Shown one piece after another: positions 37,313-51,610 of a stretch of DNA of 64,000 bases. Every line of letters begins with the position of its first letter. Within the stretch, counting starts at the first letter, position 1. The notes below the pieces were generated by a model. That model did not search any database. It was not told the DNA's origin and saw only the letters and a list, made by a program, of their open reading frames with translations. The translations under genes and the position numbers were made by a program. Source of the DNA: Trichodelitschia bisporula (taxonomy: Eukaryota); contig ML996687.1 in NCBI GenBank assembly GCA_010356995.1, positions 1,923,803-1,987,802 on the forward strand, in the 5' to 3' direction.

Positions 37313-38295
37313 TCACGGCAACCGCTCCGCCTCCTCCAACACATCCTCAATCCTAAAAGCCTCATCTCCCGCCGAAAACCTCTCCAACAACCTAACCCCA
37401 TCCCTCGACCCGCCATAAAACCTCTGCAAACACACAAGTAACCACCTCCCCTCCTCCACACTAACATTACTCTTCTCCGTCACCGTCCCCTGCGCCAGCA
37501 CAACATCTTTCTCCGCCGCCAGTTCTCCATGCATCGTGACCGTCGTGTGGGGGCTCGCATACTCCCCCCTCAGCTTATACTCCGCCAGATGGGTTAAGAG
37601 AATCGTCGCCGTGTGGGGGGCCGGAAACGTCCACTGTAGGAAGTGCATCTCGGCGCCCGCCCCTTCGCGCGGCAGTGGTAGGACGAATTGCGGGTGTTTG
37701 GAGGCGAGGAGGGCCATGTGGGCGTATGTGGTTGCGGGGATGGTGGCGCAGAGGGAGCGCGGGTTCGAGGCGTGTCGGAGGCGCCATAGCGCTTCGATTT
37801 CTTTGGGTGAGAGGGGGGCGAGCTTGGGGATGTCGAGGAACGAGGAGAGGGTTTTGACGCCAGGCTGGATGGAGGGTTTGGGGGTTGGAGGAGGTGGGGG
37901 GGTGAAGGGTGCTGGTGTTGCGGGCTGGTGATGCTGCTGCTGTTGCTGCTGCTGATGCTGCTGATGCTGCTGATGCTGTGATGGAGGGTTGAGAGGCGCG
38001 TTGGCACCAGGCACGACGGCCTCTTTGCGCAGCGTCTCAATCTTCTCCTTGTAAACCTCTTTCAAGTCATTGATGTCCTTGAGTCCCGCCCTGCACTCTC
38101 ATCAGCTCGGTGGCGACCTCATCGACAGAAAACCCACTCCCTCGCCTTGCTCTCCAGCTTCTCCTTGTACCGCTCGATAATCTGCTGCTCATTCCCTGTC
38201 CGCAGAAAGCGCACATTCTGCACGCAAGCATACCGGCGCTGGCGCAAAGGCGCAAACAATCGACGAGCAAAAGGGCGAAAGGGCGGCATTGTCAT
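37313..38295 (-). CDS. ATP11: Mitochondrial F1-ATPase assembly factor
   Basis: Arg-rich presequence, YKEKLESKA, LSSFLDIPKL, EIEALW, PQFVLPLPR, MHFLQW, LAEYKLRGEYASPH. One intron; Q/H tract. Confidence 0.93.
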
Positions 38296-38416
38296 CGGTG
38301 AGCATTTCCATCCGCGAACGCCGCTGCAGAAAGAAACCGCACATCCCGTGACCTCGCTCACTGAATTTCCCCCGCCGCGGGGGAGTGGGCGAGGGAGCTA
38401 AGCACACCGACGGTGA

Positions 38417-38475
38417 ACAAGCACGACAAGCACGACAAGCACGACAAGCACGACAAGCACGACAAGCACGACAAG
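38417..38475. repeat. Nonamer tandem repeat ACAAGCACG x ~6.5
   Basis: Perfect units in the ATP11/RAM2 divergent intergenic spacer. Confidence 0.95.
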
Positions 38476-38690
38476 GTGCCACGAAGCGTGAACCTCCTCG
38501 CCTTCTTCGTCCTGCTTTGTCCTCGCGCTGCTGTGGGCCCATTTCCTGCATTCGTACGCGTCTTAACGCATTCCAAGTCCCATCCCCAGCAAAAAGAGCA
38601 TCGTCCGGTCTCCGAGCCTTTCCGTCGGCGCCACCACCATTAACTGGAACTACGACGCGTTCACGACAATCCATCCTCACCATCGCAGCA

Positions 38691-39735
38691 ATGTCCTACT
38701 CCGCCTCCCCCCTCTGGGCCGACATCGTGCCCCTCCCGCAAGACGACGGTCCAGGCCAACCCCTCGCCGCAATCGCCTACTCCGAGAAATACTCCGAAGC
38801 AATGTCCTACCTGCGCGCCGTCATGGCCTCGAACGAAATGTCCGAGCGAGCCCTCGACCTCACCTCCGACATCATCGCCTTAAACCCCGCGCACTACACC
38901 GTCTGGTACATCTCTCCCCCTCCCAGTGCGCACTCCGCTTCCCCCCAAGGCTCTACCGCGTGCGCATCCTCCTCACCCTCAAAAAGGACCTCCACGCCGA
39001 ACTCTCATGGATGAACCCCGTCGCCCTAGTACACCTCAAAAACTACCAAATCTGGCATCACCGCCAAACCATCATCAACGCCCTCAACAACCCCGATGGC
39101 GAAACAGACTTCATATCCAAAATGTTCGCCAAAGACGCAAAGAACTACCACGTCTGGAGCTACCGGCAGTGGCTCGTCAAGCGCTTCTCCCTCTGGGACG
39201 CCGGCGAGCTGGAATTCACAGAACAAATGCTAAAGGAAGACGTGCGCAACAATTCAGCGTGGAATCATCGCTGGTACGTCGTCTTCGGCCGCGGGGACGA
39301 GGCCTTCGCCGACCCGGACATCGTGATGCGCGAAGTATTGTACGCCCCCTTCCCCCCCCCCCCTCCCCCAATCCCCCACCTAACCCACAAATCCTAACAC
39401 CCCGCAGCTTCACCCAACAATCCATCCGCCTCGCCCCGCAAAACCCCTCCCCCTGGAACTACCTCCGGGCCCTCGCGCGCCGCGCCAGCGGCCCTGCCGC
39501 CCTCCCACTCTCATCCCTCCAGCCGTTCGCCAACACCTTCGCACCCCTCTCCGCGCCCGACGCCGTGAAATCAACCCACGCCCTCGACCTCCTCGCCGAA
39601 ATCCACTCCGAAAACGAAGCGGACAAGGACAAGGCCTATCAAGCGCTCGAGCTACTCGCAACGCGATACGACCCCATCCGCGCGAATTACTGGAATTACC
39701 GGCGCGCGACGCTGGAGGGGGTTAAGACGGTGTAG
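38691..39735 (+). CDS. RAM2: Protein farnesyltransferase/geranylgeranyltransferase-I alpha subunit
   Basis: W.DIVPLPQDD, IAYSEKYSEAMSYLRA, and PPTA repeats NPAHYTVW, KNYQIWHHR, KNYHVWSYR, NNSAWNHR, NPSPWNYL; ends DPIRANYW. Two introns. Confidence 0.96.
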
Positions 39736-40035
39736 GAGTTAATGTCTAGTTCTTTTGGCGATGATGCTTTTGCTTACCTTGAGTGCTTGCATTTTCGTTG
39801 CTTTGATCGACCCACTTGCCCGCGCGATATGGTTTCCGCGCTACCCATCCCACCCCGCAGCATGCCACACCACCCCCGCCCCGTCCCACCCACGCCTCAC
39901 GCCCCGCCAAGCCTACCCTGCCCATCCCATCCCATCGCATCCCATCCCATCCCATCGCTATCTCCAGCAACACCTCTCAGCCCAGCCATGCCCACACGAC
40001 ATCCCTAATGCCCCATCCCCTCACCTAACCACCCA

Positions 40036-42477
40036 ATGCCACGCCCCAAAAGAGAAGGCGCGCCAGAACCCAAAAAGCGCAGCCGAACAGGCTGCTGGTA
40101 CGTCGAATCTGCTCCCCTTCTCCCGCTCCATCGCTACGGGTAACGCACTGATAACGCGCCACAGGCCTTGCAAAGCCCGCAAAGTCAAATGCGGCGAAGA
40201 GAAACCCGCGTGCTCGAACTGCACCCGCCAACACGAGCAATGCGACTACTCCATCCGGCTAAACTGGGGCGGCCGCGGCGGCGCGCGCCGCGACGACACT
40301 GAGTCTTTCCTCGATACGGCGGGTTCTGCTAGTACACCTCCCACACCATCCATAATCTTCCCCCCGCCCAGCGCCCTCATCGGGTCCTTCGCCCTCGACA
40401 CCCCTCCGCGCGATCCGCCCCGCTCAACACCGCACCTCCGCGCCCGCTCCTCCGGCTACGTCCCACCGACAACCAGTACACAACGGGGCCACATGCGCGT
40501 CCGCTCGCACCACGCGCCGGGTACAGGCCCGCCCCCGCCGAACCACTCCCCGCGCCCCCCCGCCTACCCCTCCCCCTCGACCTCCGTCCCCAGCCCGGCC
40601 TTCAGCCACGACTCGCCCGGCGCGGCCATGCTCCCGCCGGGCCGGCCCGGAGACACCGACGACACCGGGTCGCGCAAGCGGCGCCGCGTACAGGACGGGC
40701 CGGAACCGGGTTGCGACGGCCCGAGTCCGACGGCCAGCACGCCGCTGACGCCGGGGTCGAGCGGGGAGGACGAGCGGCGCGGCGTGGCGAGCCCGGTACC
40801 GCTGCCGAGTGCGGCGAGTGATCTGCGGCGTTTGAGCGTGCATTCGCTGTTGGCGAGTCCGTCGCCGCCGCCTGCGCCTTACCCGAACCCGGCTCACCGA
40901 CACCCGGCCTCCCAGCCGCAGAGCCGGGGCGAGGATCCGGGCGAGGAGTGCAGGACGTATGGGTTTGATCATGGCCTGCCGGATCTGGATATCCCGCGGA
41001 ATGACGACGCGGGTGCGATTGAGATGCTCCCTTTGAAGGGACCGAATGGTGCGGGGGTGCTGCTTGGGGGTGTTGGGGAGCCGCCGCCGCCGCCGCCGCC
41101 GCCGCTGTATTTTTCAAACCCGCAAAAGCCGGTGGGTGTGGGCGCGTACGGCACGACGCGCGGCCGCGATATGGCCTTCGAGCCGGGCGGGTACTACGCG
41201 TATGCGGTGCCGATTCAGATTCCGCGGGCGCTGGAGCCGCTGCCGGCGCGGCTGCTGCGGAATCGCATGGATTTGCTGTATTTCCATCATTTTCTGAATC
41301 ACACGGCCCGGATCCTGGTCCCGCATGACTGCGATCGGAATCCGTTCCGGTGCGTTTTGCCCAAGAGTAAGTAGCGTTAGCAAGGGGGATGGTTTGAGGC
41401 TAATAATTCCCAGTGGCAATCGAAGACGATGACCTCCTCTCTCTCCTCCTCGCCTTCAGCGCCAGCCACCGCGCTCGGCTCCTCTCCCATCCCGAACCCG
41501 CCACGCGGATCGCGCTCTTGGTGCAAAACGTGTTTCCAAAACTGCGCTCCGCGCTGCTCGCCCCCCGCCCGCCCCCCGCCTCCGCCCTCGCAACAGCAAT
41601 CATGCTCGCCAGCCTCGAAATCATCGCCCCGAACACCTTCGCCGTGCGCATCCCCTGGCGCACGCACCTCACCATGGCCCGCAACATGATCCTCGCCTTA
41701 GGCGGGCCGGCTCACCTACCGCGCTCAGATCCCGTGAGCGGGTTTCTGGGGCGCTGGTTCGTGTACCTAGATGTGTTGGGGTGTTTGAGCGGGCGGAGTA
41801 CGGAGACGCCGCTTGCGGCGGACGCGTACTGGGGCGGTGCTGGTGCTGACGACGACGACGACGGGGTCATTGATTGCCTGACCGGCTTCACAACGCGCCT
41901 CGTCCGCATCCTCGCGCGCATTGCGGCGCTGGCGAAGGCCTGCGCTGACGCCGGGAGGCTTGATGCCAGCGGCGCCGCGGTGCCGACCTGGCGCCCGCCG
42001 GCGCATGTTCTCGCGCAGGCTGAGCAACTAGGTGCCGAACTCCGTGCCGCAGCTGCGGGCCCGGCCGTGCCGTGCTCGCACGCGCGGTCCGGCACGGCGG
42101 CGGAGCGCGCATGGGACGCCAGCGAAATCGTAGCAACGAATACCCTCTTCCACCTCGCCGGGCTGATTCACCTGCGACGGCGGGTGCTCAACCTTGGGCC
42201 AGGCGACATGGAGGTGCGGTCTGCGGTGCGGGGGATAACGGAGGGACTGGAACGGGTGCGGCCGGGGAGCACGGCGGAGAGTTGTCTTGTGTTTCCGATG
42301 TTTACGGCGGGGTGTGAAGCGCTGCCGGGGGTGGAACGGAATGTTATACTGGGACGGTTGGGGGTTGTGGAAGGGGTTGGGATGGAGCAGGTGCGGAGGG
42401 CGAGGGTGGTTATGCAGCGGGTTTGGGAAACGGGGAGGGCGTGGGAGAGTTTGGTTAGTGATGAGTTTTTTGGGTAA
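40036..42477 (+). CDS. Zn(II)2Cys6 transcription factor with fungal-specific TF domain
   Basis: MPRPKR..KKRSRTGCW-intron-PCKARKVKCGEEKPACSNCTRQHEQC; C-terminal YFHHFLNHTARILVPHDC..NPF, WFVYLDVLG, LVFPMFTAGCE. Confidence 0.93.
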
Positions 42478-42511
42478 AGGGGGGGCGGCGTTAAATGGAA
42501 GCGTAAGATTG

Positions 42512-42660
42512 ACACGCGCAATGGCTAAATTACGGTATGAAGTGGATATTTGATGAAGACGAAGAGAAGAAGTAAGTTCAAGAGACGCTCGAGATTAAAT
42601 ACACCATGTGGCAAAGGTCCTCCTATGTTCCTTGCTGACATTACAATGCTCCTGCCTTAT
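42512..42660 (+). repeat. Dispersed repeat family, copy D
   Basis: GAAGACGAAGAGA..AGAGACGCTCGAGATTAAATACACCATGTGGCAA..TCCTCCTATGTTCCTT..GACATTACAATGCTCCT. Confidence 0.8.
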
Positions 42661-43434
42661 GGATGGCTTTTGCCGTCCAAGGATTGACGTTACGTCATCG
42701 TGAGGTTATGGAGGACACGGACCTCCCCGAGATGTTTATCATGAAAACTCATCAGCTATCAGACTTCAATCCTTTATACTGTAAGGTTACTGTCAGAGCA
42801 GATTTTCGTCACGGGAACCCATCGGGGAGCGAGAAAGGGTTTGGTGCGTTCCGCTCACAACAGTCTGGTTCTAGAGCGTTGTCAGATGGTATGTTCGACA
42901 TCTTCAAGCGAAATAAGAGGAGATGAGGGGGAAGAAAGGGATGAGGAGCATGATCAACAGCCATTAGTTAAGTGTCTTCGCATCTAGACCTATCGTGGAT
43001 GTCGGTACGCATCAGACGCCCTGGCTACAGTATATAGTATGCAATCCAGGCGGACTCCGCGCGCTCCATAAAGACCCACATTCAAGAAGCATTATCGGCC
43101 TGATCGCGAAGACGCTCAACCCCGAGGTCTTCAGAAGTAAAGTCCTTGGGAAAAGGAAACTTGAATTGAAGGATATGGGCTCCCTCGATTTAAACCCTGT
43201 TGTTACGGGTAACCAGCCCGAAGTTCAAGCTGAACGTTTACGATAGGTCCTCTGCAAGGCTGATGCCATCATCCTCATGTGGGCCTGACCTCACCTCGAA
43301 TGCCATCTCCACATACAACCGCCCTACCCGCCGGACGGTCCGCTCGATACGGCCATAAAGCACCCCTCCAGATCATTCCGTCCTCTGTATGCCCAACTCA
43401 CTCTTGCACACTCTTGCACGCCCAAACCACCGCT

Positions 43435-44292
43435 ATGACCAACCACAGTCTCTCCTCCTGCTGCCTCTCCGGCAAAGTCCGCTCCGGCCAACCAACTGGC
43501 AAAGAAGAAACCATCGCCGGCCTGCCGACGTACGTAGCGCTGCCGGAATCCGGCGACAAAAGCCAAGCCGTATTCTTCATGCACGACGGTCAGTCGTCAT
43601 CCATTCCTGATGCACCACCCTAGCCTAACCGCCCAGTCTTCGGCTGGGGCTTCCCCAACGTGCGCATGCTCGCCGACTCGTACGCCTACGCCGGAATCGC
43701 CGCTTTCATCCCCGACCTGCACGCCGACGACTCACTCCCGATAGCGTCGTTGCAGGACGTCGACCCGCCGCTCGCGGTGAAGGAGAATCTCAGCGCGGAG
43801 GAGAAGAAGAAGAAGAGTGAGCGCATGCATGCGGCGTATGGGCCGTGGCTGGGCCGGCATGGCGACGACGTGACGGTGCCGCGGGTGGATGCCTTCATTG
43901 CGGCGCTAAAAGAGATGCCTGGGGTGAAGAAGATCGGGGCTTTGGGGTTCTGCTGGGGGGCGAAATATGTGCTCCGCGAAGTGAGGCATGGGACGGTGGA
44001 CGCGGGCGTTGCGTGTCATCCGAGCTTGGTTAGTGTGCCGGGGGATTTTGAGGGGATACAGAAGCCGTTGAGTGTGGCGTGTGGGACGAAGGATAGTATG
44101 CTGAGCATGGAGGAGGTGGTGAAGATACAGGAAACGTTGGCGAAGGCGAGTGTGCCGAGTGAGGTGCGCTTGTACAAGGACCAGGTGCATGGGTTTGCGC
44201 TCAGGGGTGATTGGAGCAGTGATGCGGATGCGCAGGCCATGGATGAGGCGGAGCAGCAGGGCATTGCGTGGTTTAAGAAGTATTTGGATTGA
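43435..44292 (+). CDS. Dienelactone hydrolase family alpha/beta hydrolase
   Basis: SCCLSG, D-intron-VFGW, GFCWG nucleophile motif, HPS, HGFALRGD. Confidence 0.92.
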
Positions 44293-44305
44293 GATTGCTA
44301 TGTAC

Positions 44306-44807
44306 TTAGCCCTTCCGTTGCACCATGTTCAGTCGCCGTGCGGTGTTGATCTGTACGGTTAGCAATGCCTTTCCCATGGGACGAGATATCGCACCTGTGA
44401 CCGCGTATTCTGTCCCCGCACCGGCAATCCCATGACGTGCCGCCGCCCGCGATACGTCCCCATGTCTCGTAACCGCTGTATGTTATCCCTCAGCTCGCGC
44501 CTTTTGTCGTTTTCGATTTTCATCCCCGTGAGCTCGGCGGTTAGGTCCAGCAGCTTCTGGCTGGGCAGCGCGCCGACTTTGGCGAGGGGGTGGATGTAGT
44601 GCCGCGCCAGGATGCGAATTGAGACGTCTTTGCCGATGCCGTAGAAGGACTCGAGGGCTTTCTGAGGGGTGTTAGAAGGGGGGAGGGGGGAGGTGGGGTA
44701 GGGAGGTTACTTTGACGAGGGTGGTCTCGGTGAAGCTGGCGGTGTAGATGAACGGCTAGGAGGGGGCGTTAGCAGTGCTGGATGGCGGTGGGGGGGGAGG
44801 GTACCAT
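44306..44807 (-). CDS. SWS2: Mitochondrial small-subunit ribosomal protein uS13m
   Basis: Not in the ORF track. Manual splicing of four exons gives M/PFIYTASFTETTLVK/KALESFYGIG...GTYRGRRHVMGLPVRGQNTRSQ/INTARRLNMVQRKG*, carrying the S13 signature. Canonical introns with CTAAC branches. Confidence 0.93.
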
Positions 44808-45080
44808 CTTGACGACTCGCGGGTGAGGGAGTGCGCGAGAAGGAAGGGTCGCAAGTGTTCACGATGCCGAACAGCACGTAAAGTCGTCCTCCAGCGTTGA
44901 TACAACCCCCGGTCGGCGGACTTTGCGACGCACACCCAGATGGCCCGAGCGCCACCGCCTCAGGCACCAACTACAACTAAAACGTGCCCAGCCCAGCCAC
45001 CGTCACAGCTTAGGGCCACCTTTCTTCTGAGCAAAGCGTTTAAGAGCAGCAACCCCGCCTTTCGGTACTCAAACGCTACA

Positions 45081-45802
45081 ATGGCTTCGGTTTCGCGGAT
45101 TTACGTCGCGCTCTTTGCGGCTTTGGCGATTGCCTTTGCTTTCTTTGTGCAGAGCGCTGAGGCCGCTGGGAAGGGCCCGCGGATTACGCATAAGGTCTTT
45201 TTTGATATTGAGCATGGGGGGAAGCCGATGGGACGCGTGGTGATGGGGTTGTATGGGAAGACGGTGCCGAAGGTATGGATGGGACGATGTGGAAAGGATG
45301 GTGGTTGCTAATATGTGCAGACGGTCGAGAACTTCAGGGCGCTTTCTACCGGCGAGAAGGGCTTTGGCTACGAAGGCTCGTCGTTCCACCGTGTCATCCA
45401 GGATTTCATGATCCAGGGTGGTGACTTCACATCCGGCGACGGTGAGCTTCTATCTAATGACAATTGGACATTGCTAACCAACCAGGCCGCGGCGGCAAGT
45501 CCATCTACGGCGACAAGTTCCCCGACGAGAACTTCAAGCTCAAGCACACCAAGAAGGGCCTCCTGTCGATGGCCAACGCCGGCCAGGACACCAACGGCAG
45601 CCAGTTCTTCATCACGACCGCGATCACAAGCTGGCTTGACGGGCGGCATGTCGTCTTTGGCGAGGTGCTGGAGGGCTACGACATCGTCGACAAGCTCCAG
45701 CGCGTGCCCAAGGGCCCGTCGGACAAGCCCAACGAGCCGGTGACCATCGTCAAGAGCGGCGAGCTGCCCGTGCCCGAAGAAGGTATTCGCGGTGAGCTGT
45801 AA
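45081..45802 (+). CDS. cypB: ER cyclophilin B peptidyl-prolyl isomerase
   Basis: Signal peptide, [64 protein letters not shown]; ends RGEL. Confidence 0.96.
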
Positions 45803-46483
45803 TCGCGAGCTCGCGCTGATGCGCTGCCTCAGATCTGTTCGGGTCGGCTGGCGCGGTGGAGGGAGCGGTGTTGGACCAGGCTCCGGCGATCGATAAGCAG
45901 TCGGTGCTTGGGAAGAGGGATAGCGCGGGCCTCGGGCTTGGACAGAAGCTGTTCTTTCTCGGGGTGATTGTTGCTGTGTGCGTCGGGTTTGTCAAGTCGC
46001 AAGGTCGGCGGGGGCGGTTCTAGTGGTGACGAGCAGCATATTGTTGGTATGTATCAAGGAAGTTGTTGATTGCTGGATTTTGTGACTCTGGATGTACCTT
46101 ACCGTTGTTTCTATCCCATGTATACTTCGTACGGCTCTGCCTTCCCTACTGATGAGGTACGTACCACAGCACTGTGAATGTGGCACTTCAAGGGCGTGAT
46201 AACAGTCACGTTCCAAGCCTTTTCATCTATCGCCGTGAGACAGTGTTCACGCGCGGTTCAGCCCGCGATGGCAGCGACTCTTTGCTGATCTCGCGATACG
46301 ATCAATGGCAGTCTCTAGAATGCGCTCTCCCCTTCCCCAATATTATGATGCAATAGGCCGCATCTAGTCGCTGCGCCTCCCCTCTCAGCAGTTCAACTCA
46401 CCCCGGCCCAACTAGTTTGCCGCGCCGACCCTGACTGGTCCGTGCGTATCCTGCTGCGGCGCTAGCCCGAATTTTCTGGCTGA

Positions 46484-48940
<2,457 letters not shown>

Positions 48941-50168
48941 TTTCTCACTCCTGGCACGTGCGATACGATGGCGTTTACGGTTTTTCCCTTGGCACTCCGA
49001 CTCAATCCGGCCACGTCGGCATATAGAATGCGTTGTCCTGCATTATCCGGCGCAACTGCTACAGATCACGACTACTAATCATGGTTGAGCTGGATGCCGG
49101 TTGCATCATAGACCCTTCGGCTTGAGTCGGGCTTGTTTCTTTTTCCTTTTTCCTTCCTGTTTAAAAAGCGATTTCCAACATCATGGGCCGGGCATCGGGC
49201 GTCGACACGATAGATTTCATCAGCGGCTGGACATGTTCTTTTTTTCGGGGAACGCATCATCTCACGAAACGACGGACGGGGCGCGCCGGGTCTCTTTGTT
49301 TTTTCCTTCGACACTGCGTCTCACACAACAATTCGGGTTTACGACAACTGGGGAAACCATATTGCTTGCCTCTTCTGCATGGTGTGTGCGATGCTTGGGA
49401 GAGCGTTGAGCACGAAACGGCGTATGGGCAGGGCAGGCGGGTGGTTTTTCTCAAGACTGGGACGCGCGGATCATAGTGTTGCGGAAAGCGAATGGGCGAA
49501 GAGCAAAGGTCATCGTTTGGGCGTGTGTGCGCCGTGTGCGGGTTTTGTGAGCGGCTGCCGCTGTGTTAAGCAAGCGTGTGTTGTGGTCGGCTGGTTGCCA
49601 TGTCTTGTGGGCTTTATAGCGGGTGCTTCTTTTTCGGGAGCGCGCGCGCGGAGGCCCGTGGGGTGTTCATGATTTCGAGATCGGATGCAAAAGACAAAAA
49701 GTTAGATACCTTCTTGCTAGGAAGCACGTGCCAGTATGGCTTCTTTTCGGATTTCTGATGTTGGGGTTGTGATTGTGATAGTGGTGTGATTGTGTCCATA
49801 CGCCTATTAGGTGTCTACCATTGCCTTTTGTGACTGTATCCTCTATCCTCAGGCCTATCTTCAATGCTATCTTTGAACCTTCGCCACAGCTGGACTGGCG
49901 ATGGATAGTCAGATGTCACGTCTTCCGTCTAGTTCTGGTACCTTGGAAGCATCGGGCTTGCTCTTGATACGGGATTAGAAGGTCGATTGAGAGAAGAGGT
50001 ATCTCAGCCAACTATAGCTCTCTTCTATATGTTCCCGTCCTTTGAATGGAGCCTTTGGCTCTGTACCCGCAAGACCCCAGTTCGCCAAGGCAGATCGGTG
50101 TAAACTCCGCAAACACCGCTGAAAAAGTTCAACACCAAATAGCAAGCATCCTCACAACCCCACCAACC

Positions 50169-51610
50169 ATGACTGCAATGGATATCGACACGCGCACAAC
50201 GCAGATTCGCGTGCAGTTTACCACGCGCGACGACTCGGTGCAACTGCCTGAAGACACTGGGCCACTTCTGCTCGCTACAGGTTCGTTCTGCCTTACTTCG
50301 CGCAGCTTTGTCTAACGTCGGAAGGCCTTGCGCGTCTATCTCTGTCACGTCTCGTCAACGATCTCCTGCAACCTGAAAAGCCTATACCCTTTGAGTTTCT
50401 CGTAAATGGCCGTTTTCTGCGTTCGACTATTGACCAGTTCCTCACCGACAATGGCCTCTCCGCCGAACACGTCCTTACCCTCGAGTATGTGCGCGCACAG
50501 ATCCCTCCGCAGCATGTTACATCATTCGAGCAGGACGACTGGATAGCGGGTGTGGATGTATACTCGGCAACTTCTCCCGCGGCGCAGTGGTCAAACAGCA
50601 ATCCCGATACCGCACTCATCGCCACAGCCGGTTACGATGGATACCTGCGTGTATGGAACGCCACGGGTAGCGACGTTCTCGCTACATCCCCTGACGCTGT
50701 TAATGGCGGACACAAGGCCAGCGCACGTGCTGTCCGCTTTTTGACAGCTGACAAGATCGCAAGCGCAGGCGCAGACCGCACCGTCCGCGTTTGGGATTAC
50801 TCCGGCGACACCCTCACCCCCTCAATCGAATTATATGGTCACACAGCGTCCATCGATGCACTCGCTGTGCACGCACCCTCAAACTCTATCCTCTCCGGCT
50901 CAACTGACGGCAACGTCGGCCTATGGACGACGAACAAGGCTGGCGCGCCCGGAGCGGACGCCGATCTCACAACACCCTTTATGCCGTCGCAGAAGCGCCG
51001 CAAGACGGCGGATGTGCGCGTCTCGAAGCGAGGTCCGCTCGCCCTAATGTCAGGCCACCACCAGGCGATTTCGGCTGTCGCTTTCAAGGCGGATGATCAC
51101 ACGGTCGCATACTCTGCATCCTGGGACAAGACCCTGCGGACATGGGATCTGGCAACGCACACCCTGGTAGATACACGCACGACGCAGAATGCATTGAGTG
51201 CAATGGCCGAGATGGCAGAGCTAGGCCTGGTGGCTGTGGGATCCGTCGCGCGGCATATTACGCTGGTGGATGTGCGCGCGGGTGCGGCGGCAGTTGCGGC
51301 GCTTACTCTCCGCGGGCATGCCAACACGGTGTCAGCGCTAGCGGCGGAGCCGGGAAACAAGTTTGGCCTTGTCAGCGGAGGACATGACGGTGTGTGCCGG
51401 ATTTGGGATGTCCGGAGCGTGCGTGCTGAGGGTGGGGGAGGCGTCGGCGAGTGTGTTGCGGTGGTGGCGCGCGAGAAGGCGAGGCAAGAGGGCAAAGAGC
51501 GAGTCAAGGCGGGAGCGGGGGTTAAGGTTTTCGATGTGACCTGGGACAAAGAGGTGGGGATTGTTAGTGTGGGGGAGGATCGAAGAGTGCAGATTAACCG
51601 TGCAGGATAG
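50169..51610 (+). CDS. YTM1: Ribosome biogenesis WD40 protein
   Basis: N-terminal ubiquitin-like/NLE domain (IRVQFTTR, LSRLVN, PIPFEFLVNGRFLRST, EHVLTLEYVRA), DDWI, then WD repeats; ends GEDRRVQIN. Confidence 0.93.

Noticed and set aside
37193..38475. Tandem arrays as CRISPR-like structures
   Set aside because: No spacers, units of 8-9 bp, eukaryotic context.
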